64,000 bases of DNA. Origin: an uncultured delta proteobacterium. Its GTDB lineage: Bacteria > Myxococcota > Kuafuiibacteriia > Kuafuiibacteriales > Kuafuiibacteriaceae. Under the pieces are notes generated by a model that saw nothing but the letters and a program-made list of their open reading frames with translations, did not search any database and had not been told where the DNA came from. Position numbers and translations under genes: made by a program. The first letter of the stretch is position 1; the number at the start of each line of letters is the position of its first letter. The DNA lies in assembly GCA_963803435.1 (NCBI GenBank), contig CAWDML010000009.1, positions 736,001 to 800,000 of the forward strand, given 5' to 3'. Positions 21,433-36,352 of this stretch are shown here, one piece after another.

Positions 21433-22394
21433 TGCGTGCCGTCCTGATCGATCCTGCCTTCCTCGGCGACGTGGTCTTCGACGGACCGTTCGCGCGCGCC
21501 TTCAAGGCGCTCCACCCGGCGGGCGAGCTCGCGCTGGTCGTGCGCCCGCCCGCCGACGCAGTGGCGAGGCGCCTGCGGGGCGTCGATCGCGTCCACGTCT
21601 TCGACAAGCGCGGCGCCGATCGCGGGATCTTCGGGCTGATCCGCGCCGCCCGCGAGCTGCGCGCGGCCCGCTACGACATCGCCTACATCCCGCATCCCTC
21701 GCCGCGGAGCACCGCGCTCGCGCATCAGGCGCGCATCCCGATCCGGATCGGTTCGACCGGCGGGCTGGTGGCGAGACGCTTCCTGACCGACCGCCGCCCG
21801 GCGCACCGGGACGACACGTTCGTCCGCGCCCGTCTCCGCCTGCTCGGCGCGCCCGACGCCGACGAGTCGCTCGACGGCTGCCTCCCGCGCCCGGAGCGCG
21901 CCCGCGCCGACAATCGGATCCGCATCGGCCTCGCGCTCGGATCGAACTGGGCCACCAAGCGCTGGGCCCCCGCCCGCGCCGCCGAGCTCGCCACCCGCCT
22001 CGATCCGGCCCGCCACCGCCTGGTGTTCCTGGGCGCCGAGTCCGAGCGTGCACTCTTCCAGGGCCTCGGTTTCGCCGCTGTCGAGGACGCGCTCGGAGGA
22101 TCGGTGGACGCCTTGATCGATCACCTCGGCGGCTGCGATCTCGTGATCGCCGGAGACACCGGCCCCCTCCACCTGGCGCGTGCCCTCGGCATCCCCGTGG
22201 TCGCGCTGTTCGGCCCCACATCGGAGGCAAAGCACGCGTTCACCGCGGGCGATCGCGTCGTCGCCCTCGAGCTCGCCTGCCGTCCCTGCAGCCCCCACGG
22301 CGACCGCGTCTGCCCCGAAGGCCACCATCGCTGTATGAAGGAGCTCGACGCCGCGCGGGTCCACGGCGCGGTGATCGAGGCGCTCGAACGCTGA
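21429..22394 (+). CDS. Glycosyltransferase family 9 (WaaF-like heptosyltransferase)
   Basis: AFLGDVV, GSNWATKRW, GDTGPLHLARALGIPVVALFGPT, CRPCSPHG...CPEGHHRCM. Confidence 0.9.
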   Translation: MMRAVLIDPAFLGDVVFDGPFARAFKALHPAGELALVVRPPADAVARRLRGVDRVHVFDKRGADRGIFGLIRAARELRAARYDIAYIPHPSPRSTALAHQARIPIRIGSTGGLVARRFLTDRRPAHRDDTFVRARLRLLGAPDADESLDGCLPRPERARADNRIRIGLALGSNWATKRWAPARAAELATRLDPARHRLVFLGAESERALFQGLGFAAVEDALGGSVDALIDHLGGCDLVIAGDTGPLHLARALGIPVVALFGPTSEAKHAFTAGDRVVALELACRPCSPHGDRVCPEGHHRCMKELDAARVHGAVIEALER

Positions 22395-23536
22395 TGCGGA
22401 ACGTCATTCTCCTCGGCCTGGTCAGCCTCTTCACCGACGCTTCGACCGAGATGATCATCCCGCTCCTCCCCGCGTTCCTCACTCAGCTGGGCGCCGGCGC
22501 CCTCGCGCTCGGTCTGATCGAGGGCCTCGCCGACGGAACCGCCAGCCTCCTGAAGGTCGTGTCGGGCCGGTGGTCGGATCGGCTCGGCCGCCGCAAGCCG
22601 CTCGTCGTCGCAGGGTACGGCCTGTCCTCGCTCGCTCGCCCCTTCATCGCCGCCGCCGTCGTCACCTGGCACGTCCTGGCGGTCCGCATCCTCGACCGCA
22701 TCGGCAAGGGCGTCCGCACGAGCCCGCGAGATGCGCTGATCGGCGCCTCGGCCCCGGAGGCGAACCGCGCGGCTGCCTTCAGCCTCCATCGCGCCATGGA
22801 CCACGCCGGCGCAGTGCTCGGACCGCTGGTCGCGTTCCTCTTCCTCACCTTCCGGTCTCAGGATCTGCGCGCGCTCTTCTGGTGGAGTGCGCTGCCCGGC
22901 GGCGCCGCCATGCTCGTCTTGATCCTCGCGGTCCGCGACCGCGAGATCGCGCCCAAGACCACGGCGACGGCCGCAACGCCCGAGGACCCGGGCGACGGCC
23001 GGCTCGTTCACCTCCTGATCCCGCTCGGTCTCTTCACGCTCGGGAACGCCAGCGACGTCTTCCTCCTCCTGGCCGCCGGTGCACACGACGCGCCGCTCAC
23101 CACGCTTCCGCTCCTCTGGATGGCGCTCCACGTGGTCAAGGTGGTGGCTTCGCTCATCTCCGGCCGGCTTGCGGATCGCTTCGGCCGGCGCCGTATGATC
23201 GCCCTCGGCTGGCTCTATTACGCCGGCATCTATGCGGCCTTCGCCTTCGCCGAGGCGCCGGGGATCATCGCGGCGATCTTCGTGGCGTACGGGCTCTACC
23301 ACGGCCTGACCGAGGGCGCGGAGCGCGCGCTCGTGACGCAGCTGGTGCCGGCGTCGCGCTGGGGGGCCGGCTTCGGTTGGTATCACCTGACGCTCGGCCT
23401 GCTCAGCCTGGCCGCCAGCGTGCTGTTCGGCGCCCTCTGGGACACGCTGGGGAGCCGCGTCGCGTTTCTCACCAGCGCGGGCCTCGCGCTCGCGGCGGTC
23501 GCCTGCCTCTTGCTCCTCACCCCACGATCTCGTTGA
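22394..23536 (+). CDS. MFS transporter
   Basis: About 12 TM helices, SGRWSDRLGRRK, DRIGKGVRTSPRDALI, GRLADRFGRR. Confidence 0.92.
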   Translation: MRNVILLGLVSLFTDASTEMIIPLLPAFLTQLGAGALALGLIEGLADGTASLLKVVSGRWSDRLGRRKPLVVAGYGLSSLARPFIAAAVVTWHVLAVRILDRIGKGVRTSPRDALIGASAPEANRAAAFSLHRAMDHAGAVLGPLVAFLFLTFRSQDLRALFWWSALPGGAAMLVLILAVRDREIAPKTTATAATPEDPGDGRLVHLLIPLGLFTLGNASDVFLLLAAGAHDAPLTTLPLLWMALHVVKVVASLISGRLADRFGRRRMIALGWLYYAGIYAAFAFAEAPGIIAAIFVAYGLYHGLTEGAERALVTQLVPASRWGAGFGWYHLTLGLLSLAASVLFGALWDTLGSRVAFLTSAGLALAAVACLLLLTPRSR

Positions 23537-23559
23537 CGCTGCCGCTCCCCTCGTCTCGG

Positions 23560-24669
23560 ATGGGTCCCGTGCGCGTCCTGCACCTTGTCTCGGCGCCGAC
23601 GCTGACCGGCCCGGCCGACCCGGCGCTGGGGCTCGCCCGCGCCCAGTCCGCCCTCGGCGTCGACGTCGAGATCGCCATCGATCAGCTCCGTGAAGGGAAC
23701 CTGGCCGCCAAGTGCACCGAGGCCGGGATCACGGTGGAGCCCACCCTCCGCCTCTGCACGACGCACCCCCTCAGCACCGCGTTCGGCGATCGCCGCCGCC
23801 TGCGGCAGCTCGCCGATCACTACGACGTCATCCACGCCCACACCTCGCACGATCACGCGTTGGCGGCCGCCGCCCGGGGACGCGCGCTCCTGATCCGCTC
23901 GATCCATCACCCGCGCTCCGCCCACCGCCGCGGTCTGCAGGGCTGGGTCTACCGGCGCACCGACGGGATCGTCCTCCTCACCGAACGCCACCGCTCCGAG
24001 CTGCTCGAGAGCTATCCCGCGATCCCGCTGGCCAAGACCGAAGTGATCGCGGGCGCCGTCGATCCGGACCGATTCCACCCCGAGGTCGACGGTCGCGTCC
24101 TTCGCGCCACCCGCGCGATCCCTCCCGGCGCCTTCCTCTTTGGAATCGTCGCCCGGATCAAAGCCGGCCGCGGCCACGATCTGCTCCTGCGCGCGCTCGC
24201 CGACGTCCCGGGCGTCCATCTGGCCCTGATCGGAAAAGGGGAGGGCGAGCCCGAGATCCGGGCCCAGGTCGACCTCCTCGGTCTCACCCCCCGCGTTCAT
24301 TTCTTCGGCTTTCGCGACGCCGATCTCCCGCAAGCGATCCGCAGCCTGGACGCCTCGATCCTCCTCGCCGAGGGCAACGACGCCGGCTGCCGCGCCGTCC
24401 TCGAGTCGATGGCCTGCGGTGTCCCGGTGATCGGCGCCGACCTCCCCGCGATCCACGACGCGCTCACCGGATCCGGCGGCGGCCTGCTGATCCCTCCCGG
24501 CGATCGGGGCCCGCTGATCGCGGCGATGCGCGAGCTCCTCGAAGCCTCACCCGCCCGCCGCCTCGCCATGGGCACCGGCGCGCGCGCGCGGATCCTGGAG
24601 CGCCACACCGATCGCGTCCGCGCCGAGCGAACCCTCGAGCTCTACCGCCGCCTGGGAGCCTGCGCGTGA
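23560..24669 (+). CDS. Glycosyltransferase family 4
   Basis: VRVLHLVS N-terminus, DVIHAH, LESMACGVPVIG. Start placed at ATG 23560 after the MFS stop. Confidence 0.88.
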   Translation: MGPVRVLHLVSAPTLTGPADPALGLARAQSALGVDVEIAIDQLREGNLAAKCTEAGITVEPTLRLCTTHPLSTAFGDRRRLRQLADHYDVIHAHTSHDHALAAAARGRALLIRSIHHPRSAHRRGLQGWVYRRTDGIVLLTERHRSELLESYPAIPLAKTEVIAGAVDPDRFHPEVDGRVLRATRAIPPGAFLFGIVARIKAGRGHDLLLRALADVPGVHLALIGKGEGEPEIRAQVDLLGLTPRVHFFGFRDADLPQAIRSLDASILLAEGNDAGCRAVLESMACGVPVIGADLPAIHDALTGSGGGLLIPPGDRGPLIAAMRELLEASPARRLAMGTGARARILERHTDRVRAERTLELYRRLGACA

Positions 24670-25727
24670 GTGCGCTGATCCGCGCCGTCCGCCGTGCGAT
24701 CCGTCCGTCGATCGCCTGGGTCCTGGCCCGGCTGCTCGCCCGCGGCCGCCGCAACCTGCGGCCCGAGCGCATCTCGCGCGCCCTGATCATCCGGATCGAC
24801 GAGCGCGTCGGGAACGTTCTCCTCACCACCCCGCTGATCGACGCCCTCGAGGAGTGGTTTCCGGACGCCGAGATCGACGTCCTGGTGGCCGCCAACAAGC
24901 GGCTCCTCCTGGACGGCATCGCGCACATCGTGCCCTACGAGAAGCGGGGCTTCTTCCGCCGGCCGTGGGCCTGGCTCCGGCTGCTCCTCGATCTTCGCCG
25001 CCGCCGCTACGACGTGGTCCTCGACGCCTCCCACTGGCACCGCTTCAGCCTCAGCTCCGCGGTTCTCTCCGCCTGGACCGGCGCGCCCCTCCGGATCGCC
25101 CACCAGCGCGGAGAGGCGGCGATGTTCGCCACCGAGACCGTGTCGCCCCCCGAGGCGAGCGAGAGCGAGATCCGCACCAAGCTGCGACTTATGGCGCCCC
25201 TCGGGATCGACGCCGCGCCCCGGCCCATGCGCACCAGCCTGGGCCTCGGGGCGGCCGCCGGCCGGATGGACCGTTGGCTGGCGGGCGAGGGCGCCGCCGG
25301 CCCGATCGTCGGCCTGGCTCCCGGCGGCCGCAAACCCGACCACCGTGTCGATCCCGCGGTCTTCGTCGCGCTCGGGCGGACGGCCGCCGAGGCCGGGGCC
25401 TCCGTGCTCGTCCTCTGGGGCCCGGGCGAGGCGCCGCTGGCCCAGGAGGTCGCCGCCGCCTGTGGGGCGCGGGTCGCCCCACCGACCGATCTCGACGAGC
25501 TGGCCGCTTTGATGCGCCGCTGCGCGGTGACCGTCACCAATGATACGGGTCCGATGCACCTGTCCGTCGCCTGCGGCGCACCGACGATCGCCCTGTTCCG
25601 AAGCGCCGATCCCGCGCGCTGGGGTCACCCGGATCCACCGCACGCCGTCATTTCGGCGCAAGGCAGAAGCCCCGAGGACGTCGTCGCCGACGCCACCGCC
25701 GCCCTGATCTCCAAGCTTCGAGGTTGA
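24666..25727 (+). CDS. Glycosyltransferase family 9
   Basis: IIRIDERVGNVLLTTP, YDVVLD, TNDTGPMHLSVACGAPTIALF. GTGA-coupled start. Confidence 0.88.
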   Translation: MSALIRAVRRAIRPSIAWVLARLLARGRRNLRPERISRALIIRIDERVGNVLLTTPLIDALEEWFPDAEIDVLVAANKRLLLDGIAHIVPYEKRGFFRRPWAWLRLLLDLRRRRYDVVLDASHWHRFSLSSAVLSAWTGAPLRIAHQRGEAAMFATETVSPPEASESEIRTKLRLMAPLGIDAAPRPMRTSLGLGAAAGRMDRWLAGEGAAGPIVGLAPGGRKPDHRVDPAVFVALGRTAAEAGASVLVLWGPGEAPLAQEVAAACGARVAPPTDLDELAALMRRCAVTVTNDTGPMHLSVACGAPTIALFRSADPARWGHPDPPHAVISAQGRSPEDVVADATAALISKLRG

Positions 25728-25758
25728 ACTCCGGGTCCCGCCGCGAGATTCGTTGTTC

Positions 25759-26631
25759 ATGTTGCGCAGCATGACCGGATTCGGCGCCGGAGCTGCCGAG
25801 GACGAGCTGAGGATCGTCACCGTCGAGGCGCGATCCGTGAACCACCGCTATCTGGACGTCCGCGTTCACATCGCGAACGAGCTGATGCGCCTCGTCCCAC
25901 CGATCGAGGCGCTCGCGAAGAAGCTGCTCTCCCGCGGCCGGGTCGACATCGGTGTGCAGGTCGCGCCGGCCCGGGGGCGCGAGATGGAGCTCGAGGTCGA
26001 CCTCGCCCGCGCAGAGGCGTATCGCTCGGCGTACGTGCGCCTGGCCGACACGCTCGGAATGACCCCAGACGTCAGCCTCGAGACCATCGCGTCGATGCCC
26101 GGCGTTCTCCGCACGCCCGACGTCAATCGGACCCTCGATCTCGCGCAGGTGACGCCCGCACTGGAGGCGGCCCTCTCGGGTCTCTCGTCGATGCGGGCGG
26201 AGGAGGGCAGGGCGCTCGACCGTGAGCTTCGCGCGCAGCTCGCCGAGGTCAGACGAAAGCGCGCAAGGATCGAATCGTTGATCCCGGGCGCCGCCGCCGA
26301 CCGCAAGTCGAAGCTCGGCAAGCGCCTGCAGGATCTTCTCGGCGATCAGCAGCTCGATCCGATCCGCCTGGCGCAGGAGGTCGCGCTGCTCGCCGATCGC
26401 GCCGACGTCACCGAGGAGCTGCAGCGTCTCGACAGCCACGCCGCCCAGTTCGAGTCTCTCCTGGGCTCCGACGAGCCGATCGGCCGCCGGCTCGACTTCC
26501 TGCTTCAGGAGATGAACCGCGAGACGAATACGATCGGATCGAAGTCATCGAACACCGACGTCGCCTACGTCGTGGTCGACATCAAGGCGGAGCTCGAACG
26601 AATGCGCGAGCAGGCCCAGAACGTGGAGTGA
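25759..26631 (+). CDS. yicC: YicC/YloC family endoribonuclease
   Basis: MLRSMTGFG, RSVNHRYLD, DVTEELQRL, GRRLDFLLQEMNRETNTIGSK, REQAQNVE. Conserved position upstream of gmk. Confidence 0.93.
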   Translation: MLRSMTGFGAGAAEDELRIVTVEARSVNHRYLDVRVHIANELMRLVPPIEALAKKLLSRGRVDIGVQVAPARGREMELEVDLARAEAYRSAYVRLADTLGMTPDVSLETIASMPGVLRTPDVNRTLDLAQVTPALEAALSGLSSMRAEEGRALDRELRAQLAEVRRKRARIESLIPGAAADRKSKLGKRLQDLLGDQQLDPIRLAQEVALLADRADVTEELQRLDSHAAQFESLLGSDEPIGRRLDFLLQEMNRETNTIGSKSSNTDVAYVVVDIKAELERMREQAQNVE

Positions 26632-27254
26632 TTGAAGGAATGAAGAACAGAGTCGGCATCCCGATCGTGATCTCGGCGGCGTCCGGAACCGGCAAAACGT
26701 CGCTGTGCGAGCGGCTCCTGCGGACGCTGTCCCAGACGGCGCGCAACATCTCGTACACGACGCGCGCGGCCCGCGGCGAGGAGCTCGATGGCGTCAACTA
26801 TCACTTCGTTTCAAACGAACGCTTCGATGAGATGATCGTTGCGGGCGAGTTCGTCGAGTACGCCGAGGTCTTCGGCTTCCGTTACGGCACGGGCCTGGCC
26901 TGGGTGCAGACACAGCTGGCGAGCGGGGTCGACGTGCTCCTCGACATCGATGTGCAGGGCGGCGCGCAAATCAAGAGCCGGCTCCCCGACGCCCTCCTCA
27001 TCTTCCTGCTGCCGCCATCGATGGACGAGCTGCGGCGTCGCCTGAAGAACCGGGCCACCGACGCGCCCGACGTCATCGAGCGCCGCCTCAACAAGGCCCG
27101 CGACGAGATCCGCCAGGCCGACCACTACGAGTACCTGGTCGTGAACGACGACTTCGACGCGGCTGCCGAAGAGCTGCGGGCCATCATCAAGGCCAGGCGC
27201 ATCCGGCAGAACCGCCGCACCGGGCTGATCGCGAGCCTGGTGGGGCCCGAGTGA
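26628..27254 (+). CDS. gmk: Guanylate kinase
   Basis: ISAASGTGKTS, SYTTRAAR.GE.DGVNYHFV, YGT, LDIDVQG, LLPPSMDELRRRL. Confidence 0.95.
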   Translation: MIEGMKNRVGIPIVISAASGTGKTSLCERLLRTLSQTARNISYTTRAARGEELDGVNYHFVSNERFDEMIVAGEFVEYAEVFGFRYGTGLAWVQTQLASGVDVLLDIDVQGGAQIKSRLPDALLIFLLPPSMDELRRRLKNRATDAPDVIERRLNKARDEIRQADHYEYLVVNDDFDAAAEELRAIIKARRIRQNRRTGLIASLVGPE

Positions 27255-27398
27255 TCTCGCGAGGTTGGAATCTGCCGTCCCCGGGGCTCCCGACGTGTGG
27301 GGAGAGGTCGGCGGGGAAACGCGGGCAACCGCGATTCGGGCTCAAAACCACGGTTTCAAGCCCGCCGACAAAAAAAGGGGAGCCTCAAGATTTTCTCG

Positions 27399-27427
27399 TT
27401 GACGGCCTAGCCGGACGCCTCTATAAG
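27399..27427 (+). promoter_or_regulatory. rRNA operon promoter P1 (sigma70-type)
   Basis: TTGACG-N17-TATAAG with an upstream A/T-rich UP-like tract. Confidence 0.7.
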
Positions 27428-27498
27428 CCCACGCACGTTCGAGGCACCCAACGGGGACGCCAATCACAGCCGAACGCGGCTGAGACCAAAAAAGGACG

Positions 27499-27527
27499 TT
27501 GACAGCGCAACTCAGGCGATCGAGACT
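27499..27527 (+). promoter_or_regulatory. rRNA operon promoter P2 (putative)
   Basis: TTGACA-N17-GAGACT preceded by an A-tract, 100 bp downstream of P1. Confidence 0.5.
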
Positions 27528-27574
27528 CGCGGCCCTTTTTAGAGCGCTGCGGGCGACGAAGCGCCTGGAATGCA

Positions 27575-27604
27575 CTCGGTCTCTGACAACTGAATAGCAT
27601 ACGC
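27575..27604 (+). other. boxA-like leader / 5' arm of the 16S processing stem
   Basis: CTCGGTCTCTGACAACTGAATAGCATACGC is largely complementary (with G-U pairs) to GCGTATGCTGTTCGGTTTTGAGCGACCGAG at 29361-29390. Confidence 0.65.
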
Positions 27605-27709
27605 TTGGTAGAATCATTGGTTCTCGAGTCAATTTTTCTTTGGGGTCCCGCTTCGGAATTTATTTCGGAGTGAGTAACCAATTAGTATTGAAGGATCATT
27701 TCCAATTTT

Positions 27710-29273
<1,564 letters not shown>

Positions 29274-29429
29274 TCCTCCCTCGAGAAATCGAGCGGACAC
29301 CTAGGTCAGTCCAATGATTCTTGCAAACTCTGGAGCTTCGACTCGGGAGCTCTGGGGGCCGCGTATGCTGTTCGGTTTTGAGCGACCGAGAGCTGTGAGG
29401 CTCATTGAAACTGCGGACGGTGCAACACT

Positions 29430-29503
<74 letters not shown>

Positions 29504-29522
29504 CTCCGAATCAGCGGAACAC

Positions 29523-29595
29523 GGGGCTGTAGCTCAGTTGGGAGAGCGCGGGCTTTGCAAGCCTGAGGTCGTCGGTTCGAACCCGATCAGCTCCA
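29523..29595 (+). tRNA. tRNA-Ala(TGC), CCA not encoded
   Basis: GGGGCTGTAGCTCAGTTGGGAGAGC...TTTGCAA...GTTCGAAC...CAGCTCCA. Confidence 0.96.
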
Positions 29596-29767
29596 AACCA
29601 AAGCAGTCCCGGTTGCGAACAGTCTCGTTTGTTCTTTGAAAATCAAATATGATGGAGAGCTTATAACGAGCTCAATTTTGTCAAGCGTTAAAACTCGATC
29701 TGCCAATTGGTTTGGGAGGTCGGGCTGAGGTTCGATCATCGAGCCCTAGCCTCGACCTATTATGTGT

Positions 29768-32746
<2,979 letters not shown>

Positions 32747-32837
32747 TACGCAATTCGTCGAGGTTAGGGTTCGGTGAAAATCGAGCTCTGGCACGCGAGA
32801 CGAAACTGAGTTCGATTCTCTCCATCATATTTGTAGT

Positions 32838-32955
<118 letters not shown>

Positions 32956-32963
32956 TTTTTTCG

Positions 32964-32998
32964 AAGCCCCGAACGGAGACGTTCGGGGCTTTTTTTTT
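32964..32998 (+). terminator. Rho-independent terminator of the rRNA operon
   Basis: AGCCCCGAACG-GAGA-CGTTCGGGGCT hairpin followed by a T-tract. Confidence 0.92.
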
Positions 32999-33247
32999 CT
33001 GCTCGACGGGCGCCTCCGAAATTTCGCTGTCCACCGGCATCGTGTATCTTGTGGCTAGGCGACGAGGGGCCCACTACATCTTGCGCTCCTCGTGCAGAGG
33101 TGCGTTGATGAGTGGGAGGTCGCGGCGAGCCAGAGGGCCAGGCTCGGCGCGGCGGCCGCCCGGGGATCGAAACGGATCGGGCTGAGGCCCAGCGGACGAT
33201 CCGCGTTCGATCCCCAGGCGACCGAATAATCTTCGGGAGGTTGTCCG

Positions 33248-33832
33248 ATGGTGATTCAGCCGCGCGGGACCGGCTGGTTGGAAGTGATTTGCGGGCCGAT
33301 GTTCTCCGGCAAGACGGAGGAGCTGATCCGTAGGCTGCGGCGTGCGGAGATCGCGAAGCAGAAGGTCCGGGTGTTCAAGCCGGTCATCGATGACCGGTAT
33401 TCGATCCGGGAGGTGGTGAGCCACAGCGCGCAACGCACGGGCGCGGCGCCGGTGCGTTGGGCGCGGGAGCTGCTCGAGCGCGTGGATGCGGAGACGGACG
33501 TCGTCGGGATCGACGAGGCCCAGTTCTTCGATCAGGAGCTGGTGGCGGTGGTGGATCGGTTGGCGACGGAGGGGCGCCGCGTGCTGATCGCGGGGCTCGA
33601 CACGGACTACCGGTCCGAGCCGTTCGAGCCGATGCCGACGCTGATGGCGCGAGCCGAGTACGTCACGAAGCTCCTGGCCATCTGTGTCCGATGTGGGAAT
33701 CCGGCGAACCGGACGCTGAGGGTCGCCGGCGGCGCGGCGCGGGTGGAGGTCGGGGCGTCCGATCGGTACGAGGCCGTCTGCCGGCTCTGTCATGCGGAGG
33801 CGTTCGAGCGGCCGCGCGCGGCCACCGCCTAG
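33248..33832 (+). CDS. tdk: Thymidine kinase
   Basis: ICGPMFSGKTEEL, GIDEAQFFD, AGLDTDYR, CVRCG ... YEAVCRLCH. GGAGG SD upstream. Confidence 0.95.
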   Translation: MVIQPRGTGWLEVICGPMFSGKTEELIRRLRRAEIAKQKVRVFKPVIDDRYSIREVVSHSAQRTGAAPVRWARELLERVDAETDVVGIDEAQFFDQELVAVVDRLATEGRRVLIAGLDTDYRSEPFEPMPTLMARAEYVTKLLAICVRCGNPANRTLRVAGGAARVEVGASDRYEAVCRLCHAEAFERPRAATA

Positions 33833-33874
33833 CCCCTTGCCGGATCCGGCCTGGTCGTGCTCCATGCACGACCG

Positions 33875-34693
33875 ATGGCCGATCACATCTATGAACATGT
33901 GGAGATCTCGGCTCAGCAGATCGAGCACTGCTACGGGCCGAACGTTCGCTTGCTCTCCGATCCCTACCTCTTGACGCTGCTGGCGAGGCTCTGCTCGCCC
34001 GAGACCGTGCAGCCCAGCTTCAACCGCCTGGTTCGGGAGCTCTACACCGTGCTGGCCGGCCGGGTGGTCGCGTCGGAGTTTCCGCAGCGGCGGGTGGAGA
34101 TGCCGACACGGATGATCGCCTCGACCCCGCACGGCGTGTACGTGGGTCAGGTCGTGGAGCCGCGGACGCGGGCCGTGGTGGTGGACGTGGCGCGGGCCGG
34201 GACGCTGCCGTCGCTGGTGGTGTACGAGACGCTCAACCACATCCTGGATCCGCGGGGCGTGCGGCAGGATCACGTGTTCATGAGCCGCACCACCGATGCG
34301 CAGACCGGCGCGGTGACGGGGGTCAGTATGTCGGGATCGAAGGTCGCCGGCGACGCAGCCGGCGCGATCCTGCTGGTGCCCGATCCGATGGGGGCGACCG
34401 GTGGATCGATCTGCGCGACGGTGGACCTCTACCTGGCGGAGGGGATGGAGGCGCCGAAGAAGGTGGTCCTCATGAACCTGATCGTGACGCCGCAATACCT
34501 CAAGCGCGTCCAGGCGCGGCACCCGAACGCGATCGTCTACGCGGTGCGGCTCGACCGCGGCCTGTCGCCGCAGGATGTCCTGCAGACGAAGCCGGGCGAG
34601 CGGTGGGACGAGGAGAATGGACTGAACGAGCTGCAGTACATCGTTCCGGGGGGCGGCGGTTTCGGCGAGCTCATGAACAACGCGTACGTGTGA
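33875..34693 (+). CDS. upp: Uracil phosphoribosyltransferase (long, divergent type)
   Basis: VARAG, PRPP motif [13 protein letters not shown]-terminal [11 protein letters not shown]. Lies between tdk and hpt. Confidence 0.8.
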   Translation: MADHIYEHVEISAQQIEHCYGPNVRLLSDPYLLTLLARLCSPETVQPSFNRLVRELYTVLAGRVVASEFPQRRVEMPTRMIASTPHGVYVGQVVEPRTRAVVVDVARAGTLPSLVVYETLNHILDPRGVRQDHVFMSRTTDAQTGAVTGVSMSGSKVAGDAAGAILLVPDPMGATGGSICATVDLYLAEGMEAPKKVVLMNLIVTPQYLKRVQARHPNAIVYAVRLDRGLSPQDVLQTKPGERWDEENGLNELQYIVPGGGGFGELMNNAYV

Positions 34694-34701
34694 GGTCTCA
34701 G

Positions 34702-35226
34702 ATGAACATCGCGAGCCAACCGAAAGTGATGATCTCGGAGGAAGCGATCCGGAGTCGCGTCGAGGAGCTCGGAAAAGAGATTCGCGAGAGCCACCAGGGG
34801 AAGGAGCTGAAGGTGATCGGCGTGCTGAACGGGTCCTTCGTCTTCATGGCGGACCTGGTGCGCGCGATCGGGCTCGAGCTGTCCTGCGATTTCCTCGGGC
34901 TGTCTTCCTACGGCGACGCCACCGAGTCGTCGGGGGTCGTGGCCATCACGAAGGATCTGACCGGGCCGATCGAGGGGCAGCATGTCCTCATCATCGAGGA
35001 CATCATCGATACCGGGCTCACCATGGCGTACCTGATGGAGAATCTCGCCACACGCAAGCCGGCCTCTCTCCGGATCGCCTCGCTGCTCTCGAAGCCGGCC
35101 CGGCGTCGCGTCGAGGTGACGATCGACTACCTCGGCTTCACCATCGAGGATCGCTTCGTCGTGGGCTACGGCCTCGATTACGCCGGGAAGTTCCGGAACC
35201 TCCCGTATATCGGCGTGATCGAGTAA
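34702..35226 (+). CDS. hpt: Hypoxanthine phosphoribosyltransferase
   Basis: [46 protein letters not shown]. Confidence 0.95.
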   Translation: MNIASQPKVMISEEAIRSRVEELGKEIRESHQGKELKVIGVLNGSFVFMADLVRAIGLELSCDFLGLSSYGDATESSGVVAITKDLTGPIEGQHVLIIEDIIDTGLTMAYLMENLATRKPASLRIASLLSKPARRRVEVTIDYLGFTIEDRFVVGYGLDYAGKFRNLPYIGVIE

Positions 35227-35264
35227 GCTCGGAAGCGCGGGGTCGCCCGCAGTGTTCTCGAAGC

Positions 35265-35991
35265 ATGGCAAAGGGAGAAGAGCAGGCGCAGAAGCCGAGG
35301 CGCAGGATTCGCGTCGGGCGGATCCTGATCTCGATCGTCCTGCTCGGTTTGCTCGGGGGCGGTGTCTACTTCGCGTCCTGGCTGAACTCGCGCCGTTATT
35401 TCCTGGTGGTCGACAACACCGAGGCGCGGATCGCCAAGGGCCGGATGCTGCCGGTCGGTCACGTGCCGTTCGTGCCGGCCGACCCGGGCATGCGCCGCGC
35501 GTATGAAGCGATCCCGTTGCCGGGCGGGATGAAGCTCCCGCGGAGCACCACCACCTTCGCCGACCGCATCGAGCTCGACCAAGCGATTCTATCGCCTGCT
35601 GCACGATGCCACCGAGTTCACACTCGCCACGGACAACGATCGGACGCCCGAGCTCACGGTCCGGTATCTCGAGCAGATCAAGTCGCTCCCCGGAATCACG
35701 GTCCAGCAGCAGCTCGAGGTGGCGACGATGGAGCGGGACGCCCAGTACGTCCGGGCGCGCGGCCTTCAGGAGAACAGCACCAAGAACCTGGAGATCGCCA
35801 AGAAGCTGTTCGTCGAGTCGGCTCGCGGGGGTGGGGGCCGTTTTCACGACGGCGAGCTGCGTGCGCGCGTCGTCGACGCAGCGCTCCGTGCATTGAGCGC
35901 CGAGGCCCCGCCCGCCCCGCCGCCGCCAGCGCCGCCGCCGCCGCCCCCGCCGGTCCGTTCCAGCACGGTCGCAGCCGTTCCCTCGCCGTAA
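35265..35991 (+). CDS. Membrane-anchored hypothetical protein with Pro-rich tail; apparent +1 frameshift at 35585-35590
   Basis: N-terminal TM. Removing one T from GATTCT gives a continuous ...ELDQAIYRLLHDATEF...AVPSP* that joins the ORF 35719-35991 frame. Confidence 0.7.
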
Positions 35992-36098
35992 GGCGTCGCT
36001 GAACGGCGCCTCATCTTTCTCGTGTCATTCCTTGTTGATTCCTTCGGCGGAATCGAGGTACCACGCCGCCAACTTTTCGGACCGAGAGGCGAATTTAG

Positions 36099-36338
36099 AT
36101 GGCGTCTATCGAAGACAAGGTGAAATCGATCATCGTCGAGCAACTCGGCATTTCCGAGGACGAGGTCAAACCCGAGGCCTCGTTCATCGACGATCTGGGC
36201 GCGGACTCCCTGGACATCGTCGAGCTGGTGATGGCGATGGAAGAAGAGTTCGAGATCGAGATTCCCGACGAGGAAGCAGAAAACATCAAGACCGTCGGCG
36301 ACGCGATCAAGTACATCAACCAGCACAAGCCAGCTTGA
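36099..36338 (+). CDS. acpP: Acyl carrier protein
   Basis: [30 protein letters not shown]. Confidence 0.97.
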   Translation: MASIEDKVKSIIVEQLGISEDEVKPEASFIDDLGADSLDIVELVMAMEEEFEIEIPDEEAENIKTVGDAIKYINQHKPA

Positions 36339-36352
36339 TCTCAGCGGGTGCT

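Noticed and set aside
35905-35955. CCG trinucleotide repeat tracts (also 47008-47028)
   Set aside because: They encode poly-Pro linkers in frame and are not independent repeat elements.
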